DNA of 40,005 nucleotides from Actinomycetota bacterium (GCA_035947055.1 DASZKM010000099.1:1-40005), one strand, 5' to 3'; positions 1 to 10,178 are shown, counted from the first letter of the stretch. Notes: generated by a model not told the origin, from the sequence alone. Translations and numbers: made by a program.

Positions 1-1
1 G

Positions 2-517
2 ATCCCCGTCATCGTCGAGACCCCCAAGCCGGTCATCGCCGCGGTGAACGGCGTGGCCGCCGGAGCCGGCGTGTCGCTGGCGGCGGCATGCGACATCCGC
101 ATCGCCAGCGAGGAGGCCCGGTTCACCCAGGCGTTCGTGAAGATCGGCCTGGCCCCCGACTCCGGCGGAACGTGGCTGCTCCCCCGCCTGATCGGCTACG
201 CCAGGGCGCTCGAGCTGTCCATGACCGGGGAGATGGTGGACGCGCAGACCGCGCTGCAGATCGGCCTGGTCAGCCGGGTGGTCGCCGCCGACGTGTTCGA
301 AAAGGAGGTGGCCGAGTACGCCGCCCGGCTTGCGGCCATGCCCACGGCGGCGCTGGGCGCCACCAAGGAGCTGCTGCGGGGAGCGGTAACCAGCGACTTG
401 GGTGAGGCGCTGCACCGAGAGGCCGAGGCCCAGGCCAGGATGGGGGACACGGCCGATCACCTGGAAGGCGTCACGGCGTTCGCCGAGAAGCGAGAGCCGA
501 AGTTCCAGGGACGCTAG
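2..517 (+). CDS. enoyl-CoA hydratase/isomerase (crotonase family), 5' end outside window
   Basis: The frame is open from base 2 (IPVIVETPKPVIAAVNGVAAGAGVSLAAACDIRIA...), a typical crotonase core. The C-terminal EGVTAFAEKREPKF is also typical. TAG at 515-517. Confidence 0.85.
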   Translation: MPVIVETPKPVIAAVNGVAAGAGVSLAAACDIRIASEEARFTQAFVKIGLAPDSGGTWLLPRLIGYARALELSMTGEMVDAQTALQIGLVSRVVAADVFEKEVAEYAARLAAMPTAALGATKELLRGAVTSDLGEALHREAEAQARMGDTADHLEGVTAFAEKREPKFQGR

Positions 518-586
518 GACACCAGGATCGAATCCCTGGGGCCGCTTCTGGCGTAGTACCCACGTCCCCGTCGAGAGGAGGCCCGC

Positions 587-1129
587 ATGAATCGCACCCG
601 GTTCGTCATCCTCTGCACGGCCACGGTCCTGGCCGCGGTGCCACTATTGGTCGGCCCCACGATGGCCCGGGAAGGACGGAGCTCCAAGGCCGGGCTGACC
701 GGTTGGGAGGAGGTCCCCTCGGTCTCAACCCCGGCCACCGGGCAGCTTCGGACAAGCGTGGTCAACACGACCACGGGGCCCGAGATCGTCTACGTCCTGA
801 CCTATTCGGACATCCAGAATGCCTTCGCTGCCCACATCCACCTCGGACAGGTCGGCGTGAACGGCGGAGTCTCCGCCTTCCTGTGTGGCGGCGGCGACAA
901 GCCGCCCTGCCCCCCGACCGGCGGAACCGTGGCCGGGACGATCGACCGGCCCGACGTCATCGGCCCGTCGACCCAGGGGATCGAGCCCGGTGAGATCGAG
1001 GAGCTCGTCGAAGCCATGCGGGTCGGTGTGACCTACGCGAACGTCCACACCACCGACGGCAACAACGCCGACCCGCCCGGTCCCCCCGGGGACTTTCCGG
1101 GCGGGGAGATCCGCGGCCAGATCAAGTAG
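587..1129 (+). CDS. secreted CHRD domain protein
   Basis: ATG preceded by GAGGAGG. N-terminal signal peptide. CHRD hallmarks are present: LTGWEEVP, AAHIHLGQVGVNGGV, YANVHT, FPGGEIRGQI. Confidence 0.75.
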   Translation: MNRTRFVILCTATVLAAVPLLVGPTMAREGRSSKAGLTGWEEVPSVSTPATGQLRTSVVNTTTGPEIVYVLTYSDIQNAFAAHIHLGQVGVNGGVSAFLCGGGDKPPCPPTGGTVAGTIDRPDVIGPSTQGIEPGEIEELVEAMRVGVTYANVHTTDGNNADPPGPPGDFPGGEIRGQIK

Positions 1130-1224
1130 CCCCGATCAACCGGACGGCCCCGCCACGCTCGGCGGGGCCGTTCGACGCCCGCAGCCGGATTGTTTGCCAT
1201 CCCCAGGCGGGGCATCATCCCGTC

Positions 1225-1587
1225 GTGGACCTGACCCGCGCCGTCGTTGAGGCCTGGCTGGAACGGTACGTCCGGGCGTGGGACAGCAACGACCCGGCCG
1301 ACATCACCGCCCTGTTCACCGATGACGCCCGGTACTTCACCGCGCCGCATCGCGACCCGTGGGTGGGACCCGACACCATCGCCGCGAAATGGATCCGGAG
1401 GAAGGACGAGCCGGGGACGTGGACGTTCCGATCAGAGATCCTGGGCGTCGACGGCGACCTGGCATTCGTCCGGGGATGGACGACATACATGAACGATCCC
1501 GACTACAGCAACCTGTGGGTGATCCGCCTGGACGGGAATGGGAAGTGCTCCGAGTTCACCGAGTGGTGGATGGAGGTCGACAAGTGA
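1225..1587 (+). CDS. NTF2/SnoaL-like small protein
   Basis: 120 aa with the pattern VVEAWLERYVRAWDSNDPADITALFTDDARY...FVRGW, typical of the SnoaL/NTF2 fold. High GC3. Confidence 0.6.
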   Translation: MDLTRAVVEAWLERYVRAWDSNDPADITALFTDDARYFTAPHRDPWVGPDTIAAKWIRRKDEPGTWTFRSEILGVDGDLAFVRGWTTYMNDPDYSNLWVIRLDGNGKCSEFTEWWMEVDK

Positions 1588-2042
1588 TCACCGTCTACGA
1601 CGCCGTGAAGTTCCTCCACGTGGTCCTGGCCATCATCGCGGTGGGGTTCAACGCCTCCTACGGCATCTGGCTGTCCCGGGCAGCCAGAGACCCCGATCAC
1701 GAGCTGCACGTCCTGCGGGGCATCAAGGCGCTCGACGACCGGTTCGCCAACCCGGCCTACGCGCTGCTCCTGGTGACCGGCCTGATCATGGTGGCGATCA
1801 GCGGGGTACGGATCACCGACTTCTGGATAGCCGCCGGACTGGCCCTGTACGCCCTGGTCGTGGTGGTCGGGGCGGGCTTGTACACCCCCACGCTGCGCCG
1901 GCAGATCGAGGTCCTGGAGGTGCAGGGGCCGACCTCGCCCGCCTACCAGCGGCTGGCCACCCGGTCGCGCATCACCGGGATCGGGCTGGCCATCCCCACC
2001 ATCATCATCGTGTTCCTCATGGTCACCAAGCCCACGTTGTAG
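1584..2042 (+). CDS. DUF2269-like integral membrane protein (4 predicted TM helices)
   Basis: The GTG at 1584 overlaps the preceding TGA (GTGA). VKFLHVVLAIIAVGFNASYG... plus three further hydrophobic helices. The upstream part of the track ORF (1359-1583) overlaps the previous gene and looks non-coding. Confidence 0.6.
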   Translation: MITVYDAVKFLHVVLAIIAVGFNASYGIWLSRAARDPDHELHVLRGIKALDDRFANPAYALLLVTGLIMVAISGVRITDFWIAAGLALYALVVVVGAGLYTPTLRRQIEVLEVQGPTSPAYQRLATRSRITGIGLAIPTIIIVFLMVTKPTL

Positions 2043-2154
2043 CCGGGCCTTCCCGCGGGGTCCAGGCAGGAATCCGGACCCCCGGCCGCGTACTGTGTTG
2101 TTGAATGCCCGCGCCCGCTCAGCGCCTCGCGCTCGCCTGCCCGGAGGTCCCTGC

Positions 2155-4557
2155 ATGCTGAGGATCAGGAACCTTCTGTTCGTGCTCGCTTGCCTGTCGG
2201 TTGCCTGGCTCGTCGCCGCGGCGCCAACGGCGCGGCTGAGCTTCTCCACCGGGAACGGCTCCGCTGCGGAGGAGGGCGACCTCGGCCCGCGCTCCCCCGT
2301 CGGCGACTGGCTGATGGCCCAGCGGGCCGGGGAATCGGGAGCGGTCCGAACCGTGGACTACCGTCGCGCATTGGCCCAGGCCGCGCAGCTCCGGGCAGCC
2401 ACCGCGGAGGATGCTCCCACCCTCGCCGACGCGGCCTGGACGCACCTCGGCCCGACGAACATCGGCGGGCGCGTTTCGGAGATCGCCGTCGATCCGACGG
2501 CCGACGGCACCGTGTATGCCGCGACCGCCAGCGGCGGGGTGTGGAAGAGCACCGACGCCGCGTTGACGTGGGACTACGCGTGGGTCCCCGGGATCACCCA
2601 GGCCATGGGAGCCGTGGCGGTGGGCTCCGACGGCACGATCTACGCGGGCACGGGCGAACCCAACCCGGGAGGCGGCAGCATCGTGTGGGGGGGCACCGGC
2701 CTGTACCGGTCGCGCGACGACGGGGCCACCTGGCAGCCCATCGGGCTTCCGACCTCCGGGGCCATCGGGCGGATCGCGGTGGACCCCAAGGACCCCACAC
2801 GGCTGTTCGTGGCGGCGGCCGGGAACCTGTTCGTGCCCGGGGGCGAGCGGGGGCTGTACCGCTCCACGGACGGGGGCGACACGTGGGAACTGGTGCTGGC
2901 AGGTGAGAACCCCACCACAGGAGCGGTCGACGTCGCGATCGATCCGGTGAACCCGAACAACATCCTGGTCGGGATGTGGGACCATCAGCGGCTTCCGACA
3001 CACCGCGTCTACGCGGGTCCGGGGTCAGGCGTGTTCCGCTCGACCGACGGCGGGGCCACGTGGAGCGAGGCCACGCTGCCGGGGAACGTCGCTCCCGGCG
3101 AGGTGGGGCGGATCGGCGTGGCGTTCGCTCCGTCGGACCCCAACCGGGCGTACGCGGTGGTGGCCAACAAGCTGAACGGAACCGCGGTGGGCCTGTGGCG
3201 ATCGAGCGACGGCGGGGCCACGTGGACGAAAACGTCTGCGGGCGCCGGTTCCTTGAGCCAGTCCAGCTATGGCTGGTGGTTCGGCAAGGTCTGGGTCGAC
3301 CCGGCGAACCCGGACCGCCTGTTCGTGGCCGGCCTGGAGCTGATCGAATCCACCAACGGGGGGGGCAGCTTCACCGCCCACTCCGTCTCCACGGCGGGTG
3401 TGGCGACCGGGGCGAACCAGGTGTTCGTGCACGCCGACCAGCACGGCATGGCCTGGGACCCGAATGAGGCCGGCCGCGTGTACCTGGCCAATGACGGCGG
3501 CGTGTACCGCTCCGATGCCAACGGACGGATCGGGACGTGGATCGGCGCCGCGATGCAGGGATGGACACAGCACTACAGCGTCGACGTGAGCGAGCAGAAC
3601 CCCAACCGCGTGGTGTCCGGGCTGCAGGACAACATGTGCCTGCGCAACTACTTCGGCGGGAACGTCGGCCATCCGCACACATGGACGAAGTACGGGCTGT
3701 GCGGCGACGGCCTCCAGACGCTGATCAACTTCGAGGACGACCGGGTTGTCTACGGGTGCGCTCAGTACGGGGGGAACTGCTCGCGGACGGAGGACGGCGG
3801 CGTGGCGTTCCGGTTCCTGGGGAGTACGACCTCCAACCGGCGCGGCTGGTGGACGCCGATGCTGTTCGATCCGAAAGACGCCGACGTCATGTATTTCGGC
3901 GGGAACATCGTCAACCGATCGACCGACGGGGGGCTGACGTGGAGGCCCATCAGCCCGGACCTGACCACGGACCCGCCCCAGCTCGACCCCAACAGCGGAT
4001 ACCGCATCTACGGAACGATCACCACGATCGCCGTCTCGGCCTCCGACCCGAACGTGATCTACGTGGGGACCGACGACGGCTTGCTGTGGCGGACGACCGA
4101 CCAGGGTCAGAGCTGGATCCGCCTGCGGGATACCGACGCGGACGATGACCTGCCCGGCACGTGGGTCACGCGGGTGGCCGTCGATCCGAACGACCCCAAC
4201 CTGGCCTACGCCACCTTCTCCGGGTTCCGGGGTGGGGACAACACGCCGCACGTCGTGCGGACCACGGATGGAGGCACCACCTGGTCGGACGTCAGCGGCA
4301 ACCTGCCGGACGCCCCGGTCAACGAGATCGTGACGCTTCCCGGTGGGCGGCTGGCCGTGGGCACCGATGTGGGGGTGTTCCTCAGCGACGACGCCGACAC
4401 GGTCCAGGTGACGGACACCGCCAACGCGACGTGGCTGGCTGTGGGCTCCGGTCTGCCGGCCGTGCCCATCCTGGACCTCCGGCACCACCCGGGGACCAAC
4501 ACGCTGACCGCGGCAACATTCGGCCACGGCATCCAGCGGGTTACCCTGCCGGCCTGA
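2155..4557 (+). CDS. secreted BNR/Asp-box repeat protein, probable double beta-propeller (sortilin/GH74-like architecture)
   Basis: ATG at 2155 lies 7 nt after GGAGG, followed by a signal peptide (MLRIRNLLFVLACLSVAWLVAAAP). About ten S-x-D-x-G-x-T-W boxes are present (STDAALTW, SRDDGATW, STDGGDTW, STDGGATW, SSDGGATW, STNGGGSF, TEDGGVAF, STDGGLTW, TTDQGQSW, TTDGGTTW). Confidence 0.8.
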   Translation: MLRIRNLLFVLACLSVAWLVAAAPTARLSFSTGNGSAAEEGDLGPRSPVGDWLMAQRAGESGAVRTVDYRRALAQAAQLRAATAEDAPTLADAAWTHLGPTNIGGRVSEIAVDPTADGTVYAATASGGVWKSTDAALTWDYAWVPGITQAMGAVAVGSDGTIYAGTGEPNPGGGSIVWGGTGLYRSRDDGATWQPIGLPTSGAIGRIAVDPKDPTRLFVAAAGNLFVPGGERGLYRSTDGGDTWELVLAGENPTTGAVDVAIDPVNPNNILVGMWDHQRLPTHRVYAGPGSGVFRSTDGGATWSEATLPGNVAPGEVGRIGVAFAPSDPNRAYAVVANKLNGTAVGLWRSSDGGATWTKTSAGAGSLSQSSYGWWFGKVWVDPANPDRLFVAGLELIESTNGGGSFTAHSVSTAGVATGANQVFVHADQHGMAWDPNEAGRVYLANDGGVYRSDANGRIGTWIGAAMQGWTQHYSVDVSEQNPNRVVSGLQDNMCLRNYFGGNVGHPHTWTKYGLCGDGLQTLINFEDDRVVYGCAQYGGNCSRTEDGGVAFRFLGSTTSNRRGWWTPMLFDPKDADVMYFGGNIVNRSTDGGLTWRPISPDLTTDPPQLDPNSGYRIYGTITTIAVSASDPNVIYVGTDDGLLWRTTDQGQSWIRLRDTDADDDLPGTWVTRVAVDPNDPNLAYATFSGFRGGDNTPHVVRTTDGGTTWSDVSGNLPDAPVNEIVTLPGGRLAVGTDVGVFLSDDADTVQVTDTANATWLAVGSGLPAVPILDLRHHPGTNTLTAATFGHGIQRVTLPA

Positions 4558-4598
4558 AACAGGATCCCGCCCGCCGCTCGCTCCCTCGGCTGATCGCC

Positions 4599-5381
4599 GT
4601 GGCTGCGGGGGCGGCCCTCCTGGGAGCCGGTTGCGCCGGCGACTTCGATCCGGGCCGGTCGACCCCGGCGTGCGGAGCCAGGCCAGTCGTCCCCCCCGGG
4701 TTCGGCCGGGTGAGCAGCGAGGAGGTCGAGGCGGACGACCGCCTCGGCGTCCGGGAGGACTTTCGCGGCCCGCAGGACCGGCGCCTGGTCTTCCACCTCG
4801 GCGTGCGCCCCGACGTCGAGCGAGCACTGCCCCTGGTGGAGGAGCTCCCGCTGGCCACGGTGGGATCCGGCCGACTGCTCGGACGGGGCGGCGAGTGGGT
4901 CTTCGCCTGGGAAGCCGATTTCCCGTGCACCGAGATGGCCGTGGTCGGATCGGGCTTCGACCGCCGTTCGTTCGTTGAGGCCCTGGGGTTCGCGCAGATC
5001 ATCCCGTTCGAGGCCGAAGCCGAAGCGGAGGGGGAAGGGATCGAGGAGATCCTGGAGGAGGCCGAGGGTGAGGAAGTGGAGGGCGAGGAAGCGGGCGCCG
5101 GTGCGGCGAACGCCGAATGGGTGGCGGTGTTCGATTCGGCACCCGATCCGGGGCAGCTCGATCCCGGCGCCGAGGAGCTACAGGACACCGCGGGGACACA
5201 CCTGGCCATCTCCCCCGTCTCCTGCTGGCGTGGGCTTCCGGCACGGGTGGGAGTGTCACGGAACGCATACGTCGCGGCGGTGATCGCCGCGACCGAGACC
5301 GAACTCGACTTCATCGTCGAACGCGTGGGCCGGATACCGCAGGCCAGGGGGCTGTTCGCACGGCGCTGTCCGGCTGACTGA
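4599..5381 (+). CDS. hypothetical (lipo)protein with internal acidic E/A/G linker
   Basis: Protein-like composition and high GC3 in this frame. LLGAGC is a lipobox-like motif near the N-terminus. The start is uncertain (GTG 4599 or CTG 4590) because no ATG follows the upstream stop. The antisense ORF 4541-5416 is Ser/Arg/Pro-rich shadow. Confidence 0.45.
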   Translation: MAAGAALLGAGCAGDFDPGRSTPACGARPVVPPGFGRVSSEEVEADDRLGVREDFRGPQDRRLVFHLGVRPDVERALPLVEELPLATVGSGRLLGRGGEWVFAWEADFPCTEMAVVGSGFDRRSFVEALGFAQIIPFEAEAEAEGEGIEEILEEAEGEEVEGEEAGAGAANAEWVAVFDSAPDPGQLDPGAEELQDTAGTHLAISPVSCWRGLPARVGVSRNAYVAAVIAATETELDFIVERVGRIPQARGLFARRCPAD

Positions 5382-5498
5382 TCCCCCGCAGCCCCTGTCC
5401 CTCTGTGAATGTGCATAGAGGACTTTTTGGACGAGACGGCGAAATGCTAGGGTGAGATTCCGGCATCACGCCTCAAACGCCCTAGAGAGGAGCCTGCC

Positions 5499-6935
5499 GT
5501 GAAGCTTCGCCTGGCGCTCGCCGCTGTCGCCGTTACCCTGGCCGTCCCAACCGTCTCCGCCATCGCCCAGGAGCCGGTCTGCCCAACCGTCGAGCCACCC
5601 GAGGTGACGTTCGACGACCCGCTGTACATCGACCGGCAGCGGGCGGGCGGCGAGCCGGTCAGCGTCGTGGCCCAGGACGGCTCGATCATCGTCAGCGCGC
5701 ATGCCGGAACGACGCACATCTACAAGGATCCGTCGGCCGCGGGCGGCATCCGTGACTTCGCGGCCGGATACACGAACCAGACCCTTCACTGGCGCTCGAC
5801 CGACGGCGGCGAGACGTGGGAGTACACCGGGTTGCTGGGACAGCGGGAAGGCCCGCACACCGTGACGTCCACCGGATTCTCCGACCCCGACCTGACCATG
5901 GACGCCGGCGGCAGGATCTACGACGTGGAGATCGACCTGGCCAACGTCGCGGTGTTCTCCAGCGTCGACGACGGGCAGTCGTGGCCGTTCGGCAACGCGA
6001 TGTCGGGCAGCGGCGACCGCCCGTGGCTGACCGCGGCCCAGGCAGACGAGGTGTTCCTGTACATCAACCTGCCCAAGTCGTTCTGGCGGTCGACCAACGG
6101 CGGACTGACCTTCCTGCCGCTTCCCACCCCGCCGGTGACCAGCAAGTCGCTCGTCGACCCCTTGAACCCGGACACGGGCCTGATCGGTCCCGTGGGCCTG
6201 GGCCAATTCGCGATCTCGGCCAACGACGGGCAGAGCTGGACCACCCACGAGTTTGGACCGCTGGGCGGCAGCCGGACGCAGTTCTTCGGCGTCGTCGGGG
6301 TGGACCGCGCCGGGAACGTGTACCAGGCGGCGGCCGGCGGGTACCGGGGATCGTCTGACCGGACGCCGGATGGCGAGGTGACGTACACGTACTACGAGCG
6401 GGCCACCGGCCTCACCAACCCCGACGTCATCGAGATCCCCACGCCGCCCGGCGACGCGCTGTGGCCGTGGACCATCGCCGGGGACGACGGCCGTGTGGCC
6501 GTGGTCTGGTACCAGAATCACGCCGGCGCGCCGGACGACTTCTACACGTACCTGGCCTACACGCATAACGGCCACGGGACCATCGTGACCTGCTCCGACG
6601 GATCGACCAGGAGGATCGAGCCGAAGTTCACGGTGGTGAACGCGTCGAAGCGCCCCATCCACCACGGGAAGATCTGCCTGTCGGGAACGACCTGTAACCT
6701 GAACCCGAACTTCGACGGCGGCGATCGGCGCCTGGGCGACTTCTTCACGGTCAACTTCGACATGAACGGCGACCTGTTCATCGTCAGCGCCGACACGATG
6801 CTGCGGAACCCGCTGGGCGGTCCCAAGCCCGTGGGGAACCCCATCTTCATCAAGCAGTCGAGCGGCGACCCGATGCTGGCCGAGCCGATCACGCCGCGGA
6901 AGTCCCGGTGCCTCTGGCCGCTGCCGTCCTGCTGA
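5499..6935 (+). CDS. secreted Asp-box (BNR) beta-propeller protein, sialidase-like fold
   Basis: GTG preceded by AGAGAGGAG. Signal peptide ending AIAQE. Four Asp-boxes are present (STDGGETW, SVDDGQSW, STNGGLTF, ANDGQSW), plus a DRPW motif. Confidence 0.7.
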   Translation: MKLRLALAAVAVTLAVPTVSAIAQEPVCPTVEPPEVTFDDPLYIDRQRAGGEPVSVVAQDGSIIVSAHAGTTHIYKDPSAAGGIRDFAAGYTNQTLHWRSTDGGETWEYTGLLGQREGPHTVTSTGFSDPDLTMDAGGRIYDVEIDLANVAVFSSVDDGQSWPFGNAMSGSGDRPWLTAAQADEVFLYINLPKSFWRSTNGGLTFLPLPTPPVTSKSLVDPLNPDTGLIGPVGLGQFAISANDGQSWTTHEFGPLGGSRTQFFGVVGVDRAGNVYQAAAGGYRGSSDRTPDGEVTYTYYERATGLTNPDVIEIPTPPGDALWPWTIAGDDGRVAVVWYQNHAGAPDDFYTYLAYTHNGHGTIVTCSDGSTRRIEPKFTVVNASKRPIHHGKICLSGTTCNLNPNFDGGDRRLGDFFTVNFDMNGDLFIVSADTMLRNPLGGPKPVGNPIFIKQSSGDPMLAEPITPRKSRCLWPLPSC

Positions 6936-6954
6936 ACATCCCGGCCACGTAGGC

Positions 6955-7797
6955 GTGGCCGGACGGGACCGGCACCGGCGGGAGGTGCCGCCGGGACGGT
7001 GGCGACACCTTCCCGCGCTGGTCGTCGCCGTGTTGTTCACGGTGCCGCTGCTGTTCATGGTGGCGGGCTCGCTGCGGCCCACCGGTCCTCCTCCCACCAC
7101 CATCGATCTCCTGCCGGACCAGCTGGCGTTCGCGAACTACGCCCGGGCGGTGGACCTCGTCGACCTTCCCCGGTACGCGCTGAACTCGCTGATCGTCGTG
7201 GCCGTGGCGGTGCCGCTCACGGTCGTCGTCGCGTCGTGGGCGGGGTTCGCCATGGCCCGGCTCTCCGGCCGGACCGCGGCCTGGGCGGTGGGGGTGACGC
7301 TGGTGGCCCTGATGGTCCCCACCACCGCGCTGATGGTTCCCCGGTTCGCGATGTTCCGGACGGTCGGGCTGACCGATACGTTCATTCCGTTGATCGCCCC
7401 ATCGTTGATCGGCACGTCGCCGTTCTACGTGCTGCTGTTCTACTGGAGCTTCCGCCGCCTGCCGCCCGAGCTGTTCGAGGCGTGCCGCCTGGAAGGCATC
7501 ACGCCGGTGCAGACGTGGTGGCGGGTGGCGATCCCACTGGCCCGGCCGGTCACGGTCGCGGTGGCGGTCCTGGCATTCTCCTTCACCTGGAGCAACTTCC
7601 TCGATCCGCTGATCTACCTGAGCGACGAGCGGATGTACACGCTGCCGCTGGGCCTGCGTGCTCTGGCCCAGGTCGATCCCAGCAACGCGCCGCTGCTCCT
7701 GGCCGGGGCCACGGCCGCCACGGCGCCGGTCGTCATGGCGTTCCTGTACGTGCAGCGGTTCTTCCTGCGCGCCCACCGTGGGTGGCTGTCGGCGTGA
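6955..7797 (+). CDS. carbohydrate-type ABC transporter permease (MalG-like)
   Basis: Six hydrophobic segments. EAA-loop-like block ELFEACRLEGITPVQTWWRVAIPLARP. Lies 19 nt after the previous gene. The start has no clear SD. Confidence 0.8.
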   Translation: MAGRDRHRREVPPGRWRHLPALVVAVLFTVPLLFMVAGSLRPTGPPPTTIDLLPDQLAFANYARAVDLVDLPRYALNSLIVVAVAVPLTVVVASWAGFAMARLSGRTAAWAVGVTLVALMVPTTALMVPRFAMFRTVGLTDTFIPLIAPSLIGTSPFYVLLFYWSFRRLPPELFEACRLEGITPVQTWWRVAIPLARPVTVAVAVLAFSFTWSNFLDPLIYLSDERMYTLPLGLRALAQVDPSNAPLLLAGATAATAPVVMAFLYVQRFFLRAHRGWLSA

Positions 7798-7809
7798 TCG
7801 AGCGATGAG

Positions 7810-9120
7810 GTGCGAGCGGTGAGGTTCGGTCGCACACGGGCCATCGCCGTGATGTCCACCTTCGTCCTGCTGGCCGGATGCATCGGGACTGCCCGGGACG
7901 AGCCCCAGGCGGCTCCCGGGGGACCCATCAGCGTGCTGGTGTGGGGGGAGCCGGAGGAGATCGAAGCGTACCGGCGCGTGGTCGAGGGATTCGCCGCGGT
8001 GGAACCGGGCATCGAGGTCCGCCTGATCGAGACCGGCGACCGTGACGATCTGCTAGCCCGGCTGTCGACGTCGTTCGCCGGAGGGACCCCGCCCGACCTG
8101 TTCCTCCTGAACTACCGCTTCGTGGGCCAGTACGCGGCCCGCGGCGTGCTGGAACCGATCCAGGGCCGGCTCGAGGAGTCCGACGCGTTCGCCCCGGAGG
8201 ACTTCTTCCCGGTGGCGCTGGAGGCGTTCACGTTCGACGGCGTGCTCACCTGCCTCCCACAGAACGTCTCCAGCCTCGTCGTGTACTACAACCGCGACCT
8301 GTTCCGTGAAGCGCGCCTTCCGGAGCCGCAGCCCGGCTGGGACTTCTTCGAGATGGTGAACCTTGCCCGGTTGCTCACCGTCGATCGCGACGGTGACCGA
8401 CGCCCCGAGCAATACGGCCTCGGCGTCGAGCCGTCCATCATCCGGCTGGCCCCGTTCATCTGGTCGAACGGCGGCACGCTGGTCGACGACGAGGCCGCGC
8501 CCACTCGGTTCACGCTGGAAGAGCCGGCGGCGGTCGAGGTGATCCAGGCGTTCTTCGATCTGCGCGAGGAGCTCGAGGTCATCCCCACCGAACGCGAGAC
8601 CGAGGCCCAGGCCGACGAGGACCGGTTCCTGAACGGCACGACCGCCATGGTCCTGGCCTCCCGACGGGAGACGCCGTCGTTCCGGACCATCACCGACTTC
8701 GAGTGGGACGTCGCTCCCCTCCCGGTGTTCCAGGAACCAGCAGGGATCCTGCACTCCGACGCGTACTGCATGCCCAGAGCGTCCGAGCACAAGGAGGCGG
8801 CCTGGCGGTTCATGGAGTTCGCGCTGGGACCGGAGGGACAGCGGATCACGGCCCAGGCCGGACGGACCGTTCCGTCGCTGATCGACGTGGCGAACTCCGA
8901 CGCGTTCCTGGACCCCTCGCTGCCGCCGGCCAACAGCCACGTGTTCCTGGACACGATCCCGTCGATCCGCCGGGTTCCCAACATCTCGACGTGGCCCGAG
9001 ATCGAGGAACGGACCGACGAGCTCCTGGAGATCGGGATGTACCAGCGGGTTTCCGCCCTGGACATCGCGCAACGCATCATCCGCGAGACCAGCGAGATCT
9101 TCGCTCGCGCGGCGCCGTGA
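7810..9120 (+). CDS. ABC transporter extracellular solute-binding lipoprotein (family 1, sugar type)
   Basis: Perfect lipobox VLLAGC. Typical SBP blocks are present (VLVWGEPEE, PDLFLLNY, VVYYNRDLF). An alternative GTG start at 7819 lies 8 nt after GAGG. Confidence 0.85.
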   Translation: MRAVRFGRTRAIAVMSTFVLLAGCIGTARDEPQAAPGGPISVLVWGEPEEIEAYRRVVEGFAAVEPGIEVRLIETGDRDDLLARLSTSFAGGTPPDLFLLNYRFVGQYAARGVLEPIQGRLEESDAFAPEDFFPVALEAFTFDGVLTCLPQNVSSLVVYYNRDLFREARLPEPQPGWDFFEMVNLARLLTVDRDGDRRPEQYGLGVEPSIIRLAPFIWSNGGTLVDDEAAPTRFTLEEPAAVEVIQAFFDLREELEVIPTERETEAQADEDRFLNGTTAMVLASRRETPSFRTITDFEWDVAPLPVFQEPAGILHSDAYCMPRASEHKEAAWRFMEFALGPEGQRITAQAGRTVPSLIDVANSDAFLDPSLPPANSHVFLDTIPSIRRVPNISTWPEIEERTDELLEIGMYQRVSALDIAQRIIRETSEIFARAAP

Positions 9121-10178
9121 GCGGCCTCCACCTGGACGGCATCCACAAGTCGTTCGGAGACGTCGACGTGCTGCACGAACTGGATCTCGACGTTCCGGAC
9201 GGAACGCTCCTCACGCTCCTGGGACCGTCGGGTTCGGGAAAGACCACGCTGCTTCGGATCGCGGCCGGCCTGGAGCGACCCGACCGGGGGCGGATCGGCA
9301 TGGACGACCGCGACGTGACCGACGTTCCCCCAGCTCGACGAAACGTGGCCATGGTGTTCCAGGGGTTCGCGCTGTTCCCCCACATGACCGTGGCGGAGAA
9401 CATCGGGTTCGGCCTGGCCGCCCGGAAGACGCCGCGGGCGGAGATCCGGCGCCGCGTCGAGGAAGCGGCGCTGCTGGCCGGTTGCCAGCACCTCCTCGAC
9501 CGGCGGCCCGGCGAGCTGTCGGGCGGCGAGCAACAACGGGCGGCGCTGGCCCGAGGCCTGGCTCGGCGACCGGGCGTGTTCTTGCTCGACGAGCCGCTGT
9601 CGAACCTGGACGCCCCGGTCCGGGCTGGCATGCGCGCCGACCTCATGCGGCTGCAACGGAGGATCGAGGGCACCATGCTGTACGTCACCCACGACCAGGC
9701 CGAGGCCCTGACGATGGGCGATCTGGTCGCGGTCCTGGACCGGGGCACGGTTCAGCAGGTCGGCCCCCCGGAAGAGCTGTACCGCCGGCCATCGAACCGG
9801 CTTGTGGCCACGTTCCTCGGGACTCCGGGGATGAACGTGCTGCCCGCGGTGGTGGATGGCGGCCAGCTGCGCCTCGGCCCGTTCCGGCTCCCTCTTCCTC
9901 GCGGCGTCCAGCCCGGACCTCGCGTGGAGGTCGGCATCCGTCCCGCCGCGGTCCGGATCGGTGACCCGGCCCGTGGAGAGCCCGCCACCGTGGAGCTGGT
10001 CGAGGTGGCGGGCGAGGATGCCTACGTCCACCTGCGAGCGGGAGAGATTCGGGTCGTGGCGGCGGTCCCGGCCCGCGCGCGTCCGCAGGCGGGCGACCAG
10101 GCCAGGGTGGCCTTCGACCCGGACGACGTGTACGTGTTCGACGCGGACACCGGCGCCACGCTTGGGTATCCGGCATGA
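9117..10178 (+). CDS. ABC transporter ATP-binding protein (MalK/UgpC-like)
   Basis: The GTG overlaps the SBP stop (GTGA). Walker A GPSGSGKTT, signature LSGGEQQR and Walker B VFLLDEPLS are present, plus a C-terminal regulatory domain. Confidence 0.9.
   Translation: MSGLHLDGIHKSFGDVDVLHELDLDVPDGTLLTLLGPSGSGKTTLLRIAAGLERPDRGRIGMDDRDVTDVPPARRNVAMVFQGFALFPHMTVAENIGFGLAARKTPRAEIRRRVEEAALLAGCQHLLDRRPGELSGGEQQRAALARGLARRPGVFLLDEPLSNLDAPVRAGMRADLMRLQRRIEGTMLYVTHDQAEALTMGDLVAVLDRGTVQQVGPPEELYRRPSNRLVATFLGTPGMNVLPAVVDGGQLRLGPFRLPLPRGVQPGPRVEVGIRPAAVRIGDPARGEPATVELVEVAGEDAYVHLRAGEIRVVAAVPARARPQAGDQARVAFDPDDVYVFDADTGATLGYPA

Noticed and set aside
3025-4827. Very long antisense ORFs: 3025-4827, 5466-7103, 8286-10031, 15855-17360, 22896-24305 and 26421-27938 on the minus strand, and 8703-9116 and similar on the plus strand.
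   Set aside because: All are Arg/Pro/Gly/Ala-rich with no motifs. They lie exactly opposite, or out of frame with, genes that have strong family signatures. These are typical shadow ORFs of high-GC DNA.
4541-5416. 291-aa minus-strand ORF opposite the putative lipoprotein gene.
   Set aside because: It is Ser/Arg/Pro/Thr low-complexity translation. The plus-strand frame has protein-like composition and G/C-dominated third positions.
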